The notes under the pieces were generated by a model. It worked only from the letters and a program-made list of their open reading frames with translations, was not told the DNA's origin and did not search any database. Below, in pieces: positions 1-8,833 of a stretch of 64,000 bases of DNA. The stretch is from an uncultured Chloroflexia bacterium (GTDB lineage Bacteria > Chloroflexota > Anaerolineae > JAAYZQ01): the NCBI GenBank assembly GCA_963701775.1, contig CAVPBH010000017.1:128729-192728 (forward strand). Reading direction: 5' to 3'. The translations under genes and the position numbers were made by a program. Within the stretch, counting starts at the first letter, position 1. Each line of letters starts with the position of its first letter.

Positions 1-262
1 AGATCTGCCGGCGCTGCGTGCTTCGCTCGGCCAGCCGACGCTCGACGCGCATGGAGAACCCATAGGATGGCCCGACCATAGGCGTAGTGCCCAACAGGGT
101 CGAAACCCTGCGCATGGCAGCGGCCTCAGCCCGGCAGGCGGGACAGGCCGCCATGTGCCGTTCCAGAGCGGACTCGTGCTCCGGAGCAAGCCGGCCGTCC
201 AGTGCCAGCGACACCCAAGAAGCTATCTTATCCCGTTCTTCACATCGTACCCTCTCACCCAT
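1..262 (-). CDS. anti-sigma factor, zf-HC2 type (N-terminal part; C-terminus runs off window start)
   Basis: Minus-strand ORF starting ATG at 262, 12 nt downstream of the sigma-factor stop. Translation is MGERVRCEERDKIASWVSLALDGRLAPEHESALERHMAACPACRAEAAAMRR. The HxxxCxxC motif is typical of zinc-finger anti-sigma factors paired with ECF sigmas. Confidence 0.6.
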   Translation of the reverse strand, partial: MGERVRCEERDKIASWVSLALDGRLAPEHESALERHMAACPACRAEAAAMRRVSTLLGTTPMVGPSYGFSMRVERRLAERSTQRRQI

Positions 263-274
263 CTTCCCCTCCCA

Positions 275-820
275 TCAGGCCACTTGAAGCAGCCCGGCCA
301 TCATCTGCCGCGCCCGGTGCAATCGCGATTTGATCGCGCTCTCGGTGGAGCCGGTGGTAGTCGCGATCTCTTCGTAGGACATGTCATACCAGTAGCGCAA
401 CACGACGGCTGCCCGGTAGTCCGGGGGCAACGTATCGAGTACCCTCCTCACCATTTCCTGCGCCTGTTTCCGATCCACTGCCTGCTCTGGCCTGTCTTCC
501 TCACTCGTCAGGTATTGGGGAGGGATCGTGTCGTCCAGCGGTAGCTGGGGCGCCCGCGCGTGGCGCCGCAGACGATCGATGCAGTAATGGGATGCGATAG
601 ACAGCAGCCAGTTGACAAACTTGCGATCGGGCTGATACGTCGCAAGCCTGGTATAGGCTCGCAGGAACGTCTCTTGCGCCGCATCTTCCGCATCTTCGGC
701 ACTCCCCAACATCCGATAAGCCAGGTTGTAAACCGGGCGCTCGTAAGCACGTACCAGTTGTCCAAAGGCGGCCTGGTCCCCTTGGATCGCCCTCTGTATC
801 CAGGTGCGTTCCTGGTCCAT
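275..820 (-). CDS. ECF (sigma-24/sigma-70 region 2+4) RNA polymerase sigma factor
   Basis: Translation shows region 2 (AAQETFLRAY) and region 4 (YEEIATTTGSTESAIKSRLHRAR). Start is placed at ATG 820, which is preceded by GGAGGAAGGG. The annotated ATG at 877 lacks an RBS. Confidence 0.85.
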   Translation of the reverse strand: MDQERTWIQRAIQGDQAAFGQLVRAYERPVYNLAYRMLGSAEDAEDAAQETFLRAYTRLATYQPDRKFVNWLLSIASHYCIDRLRRHARAPQLPLDDTIPPQYLTSEEDRPEQAVDRKQAQEMVRRVLDTLPPDYRAAVVLRYWYDMSYEEIATTTGSTESAIKSRLHRARQMMAGLLQVA

Positions 821-847
821 CCCTTCCTCCCCACAAGATCTATACGG

Positions 848-877
848 ATTATAGCGCCGGAGGTTGCCAGACTTCAA
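848..877 (-). promoter_or_regulatory. sigma-70-like promoter upstream of ECF sigma gene (TTGAAG-18-TATAAT)
   Basis: On the minus strand, TTGAAG (fwd 872-877) and TATAAT (fwd 848-853) are spaced 18 nt apart, about 30 nt upstream of the start codon. Confidence 0.35.
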
Positions 878-988
878 GTTTGGCCGGCGCTCTGTATTCC
901 GAGTACAATAGAATCCTGGGCAGCGCCGGACAGGGAGAAGACGGCCGTCTCAACACCGGTTAGCGGCAGGGCATGAGGAGGGGCCACG

Positions 989-1679
989 GTGGACGACAGA
1001 GCATTCAAACGCTCCTGGTATATCATCATCGAGGGCGCTATTGGCGTCGGCAAGACGACATTGGCCAGGATGCTCAGCGAGCACTTTCGAACAGGCTTGC
1101 TGCTGGAGGTGTTCGAGGAGAACCCCTTCCTGGCCCGGTTCTACGAATCGCGTGCCGCCTATGCCTTCCAGACCCAGATGTTCTTCCTGCTCAGCCGCTA
1201 CAGACAGCAGCAACGCGTTCCAGATCATGCTGCGGCAAGGCGCATTGATCTCTGACTATATGTTCAACAAGGACAGGCTCTTTGCCCAGTTGAACCTCGC
1301 CGGGGATGAGTGGGACATCTACCAGCAGATCCATACGGCACTGGCCGGCCAGATCGCTTCACCCGATCTGATTGTCTATCTCCAGGCGGATACCGAGGTC
1401 TTGATGGGACGGATAGCCCAACGCGACCGGCCCTATGAGCGGACGATGGACAGGGCATACCTGGACGATCTGCGCCTGGGCTACGAGGAGTTCTTCACAT
1501 CAAACCAGCCGGCGCCCGTCATGCTCGTGGATACCAATCACCTCAACTTTGTGACCCATCCCGAGGATTTCCAGTACATCGTCGAGCGCATCCGAGCAGT
1601 GCTCCGAGAAGGCGCGTTCCAGGAATTCTTGCCCGAGCTGCTTCCGGAGAAAGACGTAGATCGTAAGGATCAAGATTAG
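989..1679 (+). CDS. deoxynucleoside kinase (dAK/dGK family), apparent +1/-1 frameshift near 1215-1225
   Basis: The N-terminus has a P-loop (IIIEGAIGVGKTTLARML). It runs to FFLLSRYRQQQ, then the frame 1041-1679 continues with ALISDYMFNKDRLFA...YLQADTEVLMGRIAQRDRPYE, a classic dNK motif. An intact paralog lies at 45458-46123. Given the widespread indels elsewhere in this window, the frameshift may be a sequencing error. Confidence 0.7.
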
Positions 1680-2060
1680 AGTAAGTCTATTAGATAGTAG
1701 TCGTAGTAGGGGCTGGGGATAAGTGGATGACTTGGCTCATTTGCCGGTCATTGCCCCATATCTAGGGGCATGGCCGCTGGAGCATACGACGACTGGGCGA
1801 GAGCGGGTTTGCGGGCTGTGGATGAATGGGGGAGTTCCAGCCGCGAACTTTGAGGTTTTTCGTGTGGTGACGTAGCTGCAGTCTCAGGGAACGCGAATGG
1901 GTCGGATTCCGGCTCAGATATCCACACGACAAGAGGGTTATCCACAGGATTCGCGAAGTTATCCACAGTACAGGTGTGTTCTGTGGATCTGCCTTCCGTC
2001 AGTCGTGGACTGCCTGGCCACGCATCACCGAAGATTGCCGCCTTCTTCTGTGGATGAGAT
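1678..2060. promoter_or_regulatory. DnaA-box cluster with adjacent AT-rich stretch (candidate oriC / DnaA-titration or DnaA-regulated region)
   Basis: Two perfect TTATCCACA boxes at 1938-1946 and 1959-1967, 21 bp apart. 8/9 matches: ATATCCACA at 1918-1926, TCATCCACA (minus) at about 1817-1825 and 2049-2057. 7/9 matches at about 1982-1990 and 1723-1731. An AT-rich stretch at 1678-1715 reads gattagagtaagtctattagatagtagtcgtag. The region lies between convergent gene ends (dNK and sortase). Confidence 0.55.
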
Positions 2061-2858
2061 CTGCGGTAGCGCCACTACTATGACCCGGTGGGTGTTGCCC
2101 GGCCATTCGTAGGGCCAGCAGGTAACGAGTGTGAGCCGCTCTTCTCCGGCCGGCATGATCCACTGCGCATTCTTTTGGCGGACGCTGAGCGGCATCCCCG
2201 CCTCTTTCAGGATGTACTTCTCGGTGACGACGTAGGTGTAGGGCGTGTCGCCGGCGTAGAGCGTGATCTCATCGCCCGGTTGGAGCTCCACAACGTAGCG
2301 GAATACCTTGCCCTCGATGTTGTGGTGCCCTGATAGCACCACGTTCTCCCCGTGACCCGGCAGGGCCGAGTTCGTGTGCCATCCGGCCGCATTCTCGGGC
2401 ACGACCCAGACCGAGACCTGCACTCCCTTGCGATTTACCACCTCCCAACTCATCGGCACCACCTTGGCATCGAGATCGATGGCCGGGGCCACAATGCGTG
2501 AGGGTGGCCGGTCTGCGGCAGGCACCAGGGTCGGGTTGGGCGTGGGCGAAGGCAGCGTGAGGGCGCTTGCCCTACGCGTCGCAGTGGGGAGGGATTGGCC
2601 TGGTTCTGCCTCCCATTCGGGAAGTATTGCGGGCGTGGGTTTCTCTACCGGGCGCTCTGTGGCAATCACCGGTGGAGTGTATGTCCGGGTCGCGCGGGGA
2701 GAGGCCGTCTCGACGAGCACCACCGCGCCGGCATCGGTGACGATGGGTGTGCCTGAAGAGCGAATCCACGACCATACACCCCAGCCGAGGCCTGCCAAGA
2801 TCAACAGGCCCCCTACGGCGAGCATTGCGCGAGAAAGAATCGAGGAGCGTGCTGCCAT
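2025..2858 (-). CDS. class F-type sortase (transpeptidase)
   Basis: N-terminal TM (MAARSSILSRAMLAVGGLLILAGLGW), a proline-rich linker, and the catalytic TLVTC motif (ERLTLVTCWPYEW) with a conserved His (VLSGHHN). The alternative GTG start at 2906 gives a longer form. Confidence 0.8.
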   Translation of the reverse strand: MAARSSILSRAMLAVGGLLILAGLGWGVWSWIRSSGTPIVTDAGAVVLVETASPRATRTYTPPVIATERPVEKPTPAILPEWEAEPGQSLPTATRRASALTLPSPTPNPTLVPAADRPPSRIVAPAIDLDAKVVPMSWEVVNRKGVQVSVWVVPENAAGWHTNSALPGHGENVVLSGHHNIEGKVFRYVVELQPGDEITLYAGDTPYTYVVTEKYILKEAGMPLSVRQKNAQWIMPAGEERLTLVTCWPYEWPGNTHRVIVVALPQISSTEEGGNLR

Positions 2859-2991
2859 CCACCGAATCCTGACGAGGCCGGCATGAACCCGAAACGCGAC
2901 CGGCACTGGCCGGGTGCCTCACCCCTCCGGGCCGGGGCAGCCAAGGCCTCCTGCTTTCCGTAGGAGGCCTTGGATACCGAGTGCCCGGCTG

Positions 2992-3552
2992 CTACCCGCC
3001 GAGAGCCGAAATCCCGGCCGTCCCCAATCCAAAGATGGCGCCGACGACGAGGGAGAGGACGAGCGAGACTATCCAACCGATCACAACGGTGATGATCGCC
3101 TTGGTAGTGTCAAAGTCCATCGCCTCGCGGATGGCGATGACGCCGGCGATCAGCGATAGGATTGCTCCGGCCAGCGAGATGAGCCATCCCACACAGGGGA
3201 TGAAGCTAAAGATTCCCAGGAGGTTGGGCGCGTTGGCAAAGCCCAGCACGCGCATCATCTCGCGGATGTCGGTCGTTCCCTTGAAGAGAGTCGTGCCGAC
3301 AAAGTAGGTGATGACCGACCATCCAATCCAGCCGATCAGGATGGAGAAGACGATCAGCTGCATGATGAACCCGACCATCGCACTGCCGAATCCGTCTCCG
3401 GCCATCAGCACCTTGATGAATCCGCCGATGGCGGACATGAGGCTGACCACGACGACAATGATGGCCGCCTGCGTCATCGAGCTCTGATCCTCCGCTACCT
3501 CCCGGAAGACCGTGGGGTCCAGGCGGATGACTCGCATGATTCGATTGATCAC
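2992..3552 (-). CDS. Yip1-domain integral membrane protein
   Basis: Multi-TM protein. The start MINRIMRVIRLDPTVFREVAEDQ followed by 5 hydrophobic helices matches the YIP1 family architecture. Confidence 0.55.
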   Translation of the reverse strand: MINRIMRVIRLDPTVFREVAEDQSSMTQAAIIVVVVSLMSAIGGFIKVLMAGDGFGSAMVGFIMQLIVFSILIGWIGWSVITYFVGTTLFKGTTDIREMMRVLGFANAPNLLGIFSFIPCVGWLISLAGAILSLIAGVIAIREAMDFDTTKAIITVVIGWIVSLVLSLVVGAIFGLGTAGISALGG

Positions 3553-3615
3553 AATGCACCTCCATGTTTGTTGGATTTGTCTATCTATACGCCGGCCGCG
3601 GGATCGAGTTGCGCC

Positions 3616-4893
3616 CTAGCCGACCCTCTCAATCCGAGCCCCCAGCGCCTTCATCTTGGTCTCGATGTGCTCGTAGCCCCGGTCGATCTGTTGGATGTTG
3701 TGGATGACGCTCTCTCCTTCGGCACAGAGCGCGGCGATCAGCAGGGCCATGCCGGCACGGATATCCGGGCTTTGCAGGGTCTCTCCGTGCAGCGGCGACG
3801 GCCCGACGACGACGGCGCGGTGTGGGTCACAGAGGATGATTCGGGCGCCCATCGTGATGAGGCGGTCCACGAAGTAGAGGCGGCTGTCGTACATCTTTTC
3901 GTGGATCAAGAGTGTGCCGCGTGCCTGGCTCGCCACCACCAACGCGATGCTGAGCAGGTCGGTCGGAAAGCCGGGCCAGGGAGCGTCGTCGATCTTGGGT
4001 ACGGCCCCTCCCATGTCGTCCCGTATCTCCAGGGCCTGTCCGGCGGGCACGAACAGGTCGTCGCCCTGGATCTCGAAATCTATGCCCATCCGCGCATAGG
4101 TTGCGCGGATCATGCCCAGGTGCTCGGGCGCGGCGCCCAAGACCCGGATCTCGCCGCCCGTGACTGCGGCCAGACCGATGAAGCTGCCGACTTCCATAAA
4201 GTCGGGGCCGATGGTGAAATCGCCTCCGCCCAGGCCGTCGGCGCCCTGGATGCGCAGGACGTTGGAGCCGATGCCGTCGATGTGGGCTCCCATGCAGTTC
4301 AGCATGTGGCACAGCTCCTGGACGTGGGGCTCGCAGGCGGCGTTGCGGATCGTGGTCTGGCCGCGTGCCAGGCTGGCGGCCATGACGGCGTTCTCGGTCC
4401 CGGTCACACTCGCCTCGTCCAGCCAGATATCTGCCCCACGGAGGCCCTCCGAGCGCAGCTCGAGGCCCCCGTCCTGCTGGATGTCGGCTCCCAGGGCGGC
4501 GAGCGCCATCAAGTGGGTGTCGATCCGCCTGCGGCCGATCCTATCCCCGCCCGGCAGAGAGAGGCTTACCTGTCCTGCCCGCGCGAGGATCGGCCCCAAC
4601 ACGGTCAGTGAGCCTCGGATCTGGCCGGCCATCCCCGGATCGGGAGAGGTTGACGTGATGCGGTCTACGCGCACTGTTACCGTGTGGGGGTTCTGGCGTA
4701 CCACGCTGGCTCCCAGCTTTTCCAGCATGGAGAGCATGGTGCGGACGTCGCCGATGTTTGGCAGGTTGCGCAGGGTCACGGGCTGGTCCGTCAGCAGGGT
4801 GGCAGCCAGGATGGGCAGGGCCGCGTTCTTGTTTCCGCTGGGCACCACCGTGCCGCTGAGGGGTACCCCTCCCTGGATGACAAACTTGTCCAT
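3616..4893 (-). CDS. murA: UDP-N-acetylglucosamine 1-carboxyvinyltransferase
   Basis: 425 aa. Starts [34 protein letters not shown] and contains the ...LGA motif. Typical full-length MurA. Confidence 0.95.
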   Translation of the reverse strand: MDKFVIQGGVPLSGTVVPSGNKNAALPILAATLLTDQPVTLRNLPNIGDVRTMLSMLEKLGASVVRQNPHTVTVRVDRITSTSPDPGMAGQIRGSLTVLGPILARAGQVSLSLPGGDRIGRRRIDTHLMALAALGADIQQDGGLELRSEGLRGADIWLDEASVTGTENAVMAASLARGQTTIRNAACEPHVQELCHMLNCMGAHIDGIGSNVLRIQGADGLGGGDFTIGPDFMEVGSFIGLAAVTGGEIRVLGAAPEHLGMIRATYARMGIDFEIQGDDLFVPAGQALEIRDDMGGAVPKIDDAPWPGFPTDLLSIALVVASQARGTLLIHEKMYDSRLYFVDRLITMGARIILCDPHRAVVVGPSPLHGETLQSPDIRAGMALLIAALCAEGESVIHNIQQIDRGYEHIETKMKALGARIERVG

Positions 4894-4923
4894 CGTTCCT
4901 CCTGTCTTTCTGACCTGACCGGC

Positions 4924-5721
4924 TCAGCGCGGCCAGGCCTGAGATGTGATGCGCACAGGGGCGCCGAGGCCGGCCCCCAGCTCTTTGGCGGCGTTTCCGT
5001 CGCGCACGGCGATCTCCAGGTGTCCGCCGGAGCCGATGTAGGCGAGGCGTGCTCCTATCTCCGCATCGCCGAAGGTGCTGCTCAGCCGATCGATCCGAGC
5101 GCCGGCGATCTCGATGGTGAGACGGTCAGGCAGGTCAGAAGGCCGGAAGCTCGTCACCACGTTGCCGAAGCGGTCTATGTGAAGCACCTCGCCGAGGAGC
5201 GACCCATCCGGCTGGGGTGCGGGCCCGGCGGCCGGCAGGCGGACTAGACTCTCCACCGGGATGGGCACTCCCATGACCAGTGGATCGACGCCGGCAGCCA
5301 GGTGTGCAGCCACAGGGGCAAAGATGTCCCGGCCGTGGAACGTGTGGCTGACGGCGCGCAGCCAGTAAGCCTGGTTTGTGAGATGGATTGCTCTGAGGGG
5401 AGGGTCCCGGTCAAGAGCCATGCTCAGGATGCCGTTGTCTGGGCCGATGTAGGTCGCCATCTGTGTCTGCACGAGCAGGGGGCGCCTGTGCCCGCCGACC
5501 CCCGGATCGACGACGGCCAGGTGGGTTGTACCCGGCGCAAAGAAAGGGGCGGCACAGGAGAGCAGGTAGGCCCCCTGCCGAACGGCCTGTGGGCGAACGT
5601 CGTGACTGATGTCGACCAGGATCGCATCTGGGCAGATCACGAGGATCACTCCCTTCATTGTCCCCACATAGCCGTCCGCCAGGCCAAAGTCGGTGGTCAA
5701 CGTAATCAAGGGTCGAGACAT
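4924..5721 (-). CDS. SAM hydroxide adenosyltransferase (DUF62; fluorinase/chlorinase-like SAM hydrolase family)
   Basis: Starts MSRPLITLTTDFGLADGYVGTMKGVI, a characteristic N-terminal motif. 265 aa, typical family length. Confidence 0.85.
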   Translation of the reverse strand: MSRPLITLTTDFGLADGYVGTMKGVILVICPDAILVDISHDVRPQAVRQGAYLLSCAAPFFAPGTTHLAVVDPGVGGHRRPLLVQTQMATYIGPDNGILSMALDRDPPLRAIHLTNQAYWLRAVSHTFHGRDIFAPVAAHLAAGVDPLVMGVPIPVESLVRLPAAGPAPQPDGSLLGEVLHIDRFGNVVTSFRPSDLPDRLTIEIAGARIDRLSSTFGDAEIGARLAYIGSGGHLEIAVRDGNAAKELGAGLGAPVRITSQAWPR

Positions 5722-5761
5722 AAGAACTCCATGGATATTGTATCTCAGGGCTGAGTGGGCG

Positions 5762-6511
5762 TCAATGCCTGGTATTCTTCTTCACAGGGCTGCCGTCGCC
5801 GAAGGTGTAGCCGACCTTCTTCACCCCTCCGGCCTTCAGGCTGGCCGTGCGGCCAGACACCACCAGCTCCAGGCTGTACCACTGCCCGGTGTTGATGGTT
5901 TCCGGGACAGCCGCCCGCGTGTAGAGAGTGCCTGCCAGCCTCTCGCCGATCACCCACTGGTTGAAGTCGTCCTGCAGGCCGGCGAAGCGGTAGTTGTCGG
6001 CGTCCCGATAGTCGAACACGAGGTACCCGTTGTGCGCGATGGCGCCCAGGCTCTGGGTTTGCACCTTGGCCCACACCTTGCCCGTCCGGAAGGTGGGCGT
6101 CCACAGGCTCACGGCATTGCCCAGCCCGCTGTAGGCTCGTTTCTCGACGGCCCAAGTGCCGCCGTTCGGGCTCCAGCCGTTGGCGTTGCCGTCGTTGAAG
6201 TCGTCGCCAACCAGGTCGCGGCCAGCAGGGATCTGGTAGACCTCGTATCCCGCGCCGGCGTAGGTCGTGACCCCAATGCCGTCGTCCTTCTTGACGAGAG
6301 TCCCGCCCCCGTCGTAGGTCAGCGTCGTAGTCTTCCCGGCGAAGGTCACCTCCTTCAGCCGGTTCTCCTCGTCCCAGGATTGCCCGTAGGTGACGCCGTT
6401 CTCCTTGCGCGTCGTCATGTTGCCGTTGGCGTCGTAGCCGAAGGCCTCGCCGTTGACCACCTTGGCGGCGTGTGCGTGGGCCGGATCGACGGTCAGCGTG
6501 CCTCCCGCCAT
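5762..6511 (-). CDS. RHS/YD-repeat protein fragment (YD repeats + truncated LamG/ConA-like domain)
   Basis: YD repeats: GYDANGNMTTRKENGVTYGQSWDEENRLKEVTF and TYDGGGTLVKKDDG. The C-terminal segment NGYLVFDYRDADNYRFAG...QWVIGERLAG...GYTFG is homologous to the N-terminus of the 7365-8780 ORF. Start placed at internal ATG 6511; the ORF is open upstream to 6739, overlapping the lipoprotein gene. Confidence 0.65.
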   Translation of the reverse strand: MAGGTLTVDPAHAHAAKVVNGEAFGYDANGNMTTRKENGVTYGQSWDEENRLKEVTFAGKTTTLTYDGGGTLVKKDDGIGVTTYAGAGYEVYQIPAGRDLVGDDFNDGNANGWSPNGGTWAVEKRAYSGLGNAVSLWTPTFRTGKVWAKVQTQSLGAIAHNGYLVFDYRDADNYRFAGLQDDFNQWVIGERLAGTLYTRAAVPETINTGQWYSLELVVSGRTASLKAGGVKKVGYTFGDGSPVKKNTRH

Positions 6512-6527
6512 GCGGTGAAGCCCGCTC

Positions 6528-7349
6528 TTAGGGACTGAAGCCCGGCCACTCCTCGAGCTTGTCCGGCCAAGGGACGCGCTCTGTTCCGCCCTCATGCTCG
6601 TTTGGCCACGTCTGCCAGTTGTATTGCACAGGCGAACGGATGAGGTCCCCCAGCGTCGTTGGTGCAAAACGGTACTCCGTGATGACCGAGTCTTGTCGTT
6701 CGACCGACGGATAGTGGAGGGTTGTGTCCACCTCAGCAACCAGCCCCTGAGTCGGATAGAGCATGACTAGTACGCCCATCTTGCAGTCGGGTGTGCTACC
6801 TGCGATCGCCCGCAGCACCTTCTCCGGCGCCCCGAGTCGCTCTACAAGGTCACTCGCGGTCAGGTGGCAGGCCGCAGAGTAGTGCTGCCACAAAAGCCAC
6901 TGCACAACGTCATCCTTCACCACGACGGCGTTTCGCTCCCCGCATGACGGGCAGGTCGTGCAGCGCCAGCCTATCCACGCCTGGCCCGGCCGCGAGGGGT
7001 CGGGCCACGGTCCCTCATACGTGTACCTCGAATCCACAAGCCCACAGGTGCGCAAAGCCTCGCGCACTTCGTCCACAGTCGTCTCTCCCGGAACCATTGG
7101 CACGAGACACGCAGGGCTGAGGTTCCCGGAGGGCGGGTTGCAGGCTGCCGCTATGGTGTCCATGGGCCAAGCGGCGCAAGTGACAGCCACCTGAGAATCG
7201 GGCGTACCGCTCAATGGGGCGGTGGCGCTCTCGCGTTCCGGGGGGATACGCCGGATGCCCGCTCCGGCGCACCCAGCAGACAATCCGGCCGCGATGAGGA
7301 TAGCCAGTAACCTTTTGCCGAACAGCTTGGTGTCCACGGGTCCGTTCAC
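6528..7349 (-). CDS. lipoprotein; candidate immunity protein for the upstream HExxH RHS toxin
   Basis: Signal peptide plus lipobox (LLAILIAAGLSAGCAG). Cys-rich (CTTCPSCGERN). Sits immediately downstream of the RHS-CT cassette on the same strand, the canonical immunity position. Confidence 0.5.
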   Translation of the reverse strand: MNGPVDTKLFGKRLLAILIAAGLSAGCAGAGIRRIPPERESATAPLSGTPDSQVAVTCAAWPMDTIAAACNPPSGNLSPACLVPMVPGETTVDEVREALRTCGLVDSRYTYEGPWPDPSRPGQAWIGWRCTTCPSCGERNAVVVKDDVVQWLLWQHYSAACHLTASDLVERLGAPEKVLRAIAGSTPDCKMGVLVMLYPTQGLVAEVDTTLHYPSVERQDSVITEYRFAPTTLGDLIRSPVQYNWQTWPNEHEGGTERVPWPDKLEEWPGFSP

Positions 7350-7364
7350 TTGGCACCTTCCCCT

Positions 7365-8780
7365 TCAGTCGACCAACAGATCATAGAACAACCATAGGAC
7401 GGGGGAGTTTGGATGACGCAGTGCAAAGGCGACGATACCTTGCGAATACCCCACCAATCCCCGCGGATCTCCCAGACCCGTGAGATGGAAGGAAACCCAT
7501 CTGGCCCATGCCTCCCAAGGTTGGGGATCGCCGCTACCGCGCGCCAGGTAGCTAAGCCAGTATCCGCTGTTGCGATCCCAGGCGTGTGCAAGCTCGTGGA
7601 GAGTGTCCGCCGCTCCTATGTCACGCGCTGCGTCGCCAAGTCGTGGCAGGTTTAGTACGTCGATGGTTCCAGTTTGCGGGTTGTACGCCATGCTGCGGGC
7701 ACATATCCTGGCGCCGCAAAGGAATGTCAGATCGTAGTTGACCCTTCTGAATACTATGCTGCCCACCGCCTTGCGGTACTTGGCGTGTCCGCCCATGGCA
7801 CGAACGAGTGCCATGACGCCGGAGTGAAGCTGCTCTGCCTGCCGCCGTAACCATCCTACGCCGTCGGACGTAATGGTAACGGCAGCCGAGAACAGGTCGC
7901 TTCTAACCAAGAAGGATGCATCCCACCCCCATGCGGCAAAATCCACGACCTGCAGGGAGAACTGATAGTCCCACCAGTCCTGATCCGTCGGTGTGTGACC
8001 GTGCTCTTGTTCAAACCTCTGCGCCCACTCTTCATCCCAGTGACCGGTGCGGTCGAGATACCTAAGCGGGTTGCCGAGAACATAACTGTATCGGTTGAGA
8101 CTTTGCGGATTTGAGGGATCTGGGACCATTGTGTCGGGGCTGATCCAGCGGCCGAGCTGGGGGTCATACTGCCTTGCGCCCATGAAATACAGGCTGGTGT
8201 AGCCGTCAAGGAGCTGCCCCGTGAAGCGATACTCGGTCGGGAAGGTGCCGTCCACCGGCCAGCGCTCCGTGCCATAGGGGTAGTGCCGGATCTCGTCCAC
8301 TTTGTTCCCCGCCGCGTCCAGCACCACACTCACCGTCCCCAGGTGGTCTGCAGCCAGGAAGTAGAGCACGTGGTCCCGGCGCATGGCGATCCGCTGCCCG
8401 CCGAATGTGTAGTACTTGGTGACCTGCGAAAAGGCGCGAAGGTACACCTCCTTGAAGTGGGTGTGTGCCTGGTCGATGCGCAGCCCCACCTGCCCGCCAT
8501 GGATGCCGCCGAAGGTGTAGCTTGTCTTCACCACGCCTCCGACCTTCAGGGTGGCCAGGCTTCCGCTGACTTGCACCTCCAACTCGTAGAGGGTGCCCTT
8601 GACGATGGTCCCCGCCACGCTGGCCCGCAGGGTGTCCGTGCCGCTGATCACCTCCCGGATCACCCATTGCCCGTTCGTGCCGTCCATGCCGGCATACTTG
8701 TAGTTGGAGCCGTCGAGATAGTCGAACACCAGGTAGCCGTTGTACTGAGGCGCCGAGTTGGTCTGCGCGACGGCCATCAC
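7365..8780 (-). CDS. RHS repeat-associated core + C-terminal toxin domain with HExxH (metallopeptidase-like) motif; orphan RHS-CT cassette
   Basis: The RHS core end reads YTFGGQRIAMRR...YPYGTERW...YRFTGQLLDGYTSLYFMGARQYDPQLGRWISPDTMVPDPSNPQSLNRYSYVLGNPLRYLDRTGH (DPxGL-type boundary). It is followed by a roughly 240-aa tip containing TLHELAHAWD. The N-terminus begins mid-LamG-like domain, so it lacks the N-terminal/secretion part of a full RHS protein. Confidence 0.8.
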   Translation of the reverse strand: MMAVAQTNSAPQYNGYLVFDYLDGSNYKYAGMDGTNGQWVIREVISGTDTLRASVAGTIVKGTLYELEVQVSGSLATLKVGGVVKTSYTFGGIHGGQVGLRIDQAHTHFKEVYLRAFSQVTKYYTFGGQRIAMRRDHVLYFLAADHLGTVSVVLDAAGNKVDEIRHYPYGTERWPVDGTFPTEYRFTGQLLDGYTSLYFMGARQYDPQLGRWISPDTMVPDPSNPQSLNRYSYVLGNPLRYLDRTGHWDEEWAQRFEQEHGHTPTDQDWWDYQFSLQVVDFAAWGWDASFLVRSDLFSAAVTITSDGVGWLRRQAEQLHSGVMALVRAMGGHAKYRKAVGSIVFRRVNYDLTFLCGARICARSMAYNPQTGTIDVLNLPRLGDAARDIGAADTLHELAHAWDRNSGYWLSYLARGSGDPQPWEAWARWVSFHLTGLGDPRGLVGYSQGIVAFALRHPNSPVLWLFYDLLVD

Positions 8781-8833
8781 CCCCAGCCGTCCGGAGGCTG
8801 CCTCTGCCCATGCCCTGATCCGCCTGCTCCCGA

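Noticed and set aside
501-836. Long ORFs antisense to or overlapping annotated genes (for example 501-836, 3827-4312, 13554-14099, 17291-18661, 24321-25982, 25642-27624, 60110-61417).
   Set aside because: These are typical shadow ORFs of 65% GC DNA. Their translations are Arg/Pro/Gly-rich nonsense, while the opposite or alternate frame carries clear homologs.
1678-2060. Declaring the DnaA-box cluster definitively as oriC.
   Set aside because: No dnaA/dnaN is nearby and skew cannot be computed from one window. It is kept as a candidate, with the alternative of a DnaA-titration or DnaA-regulated site.
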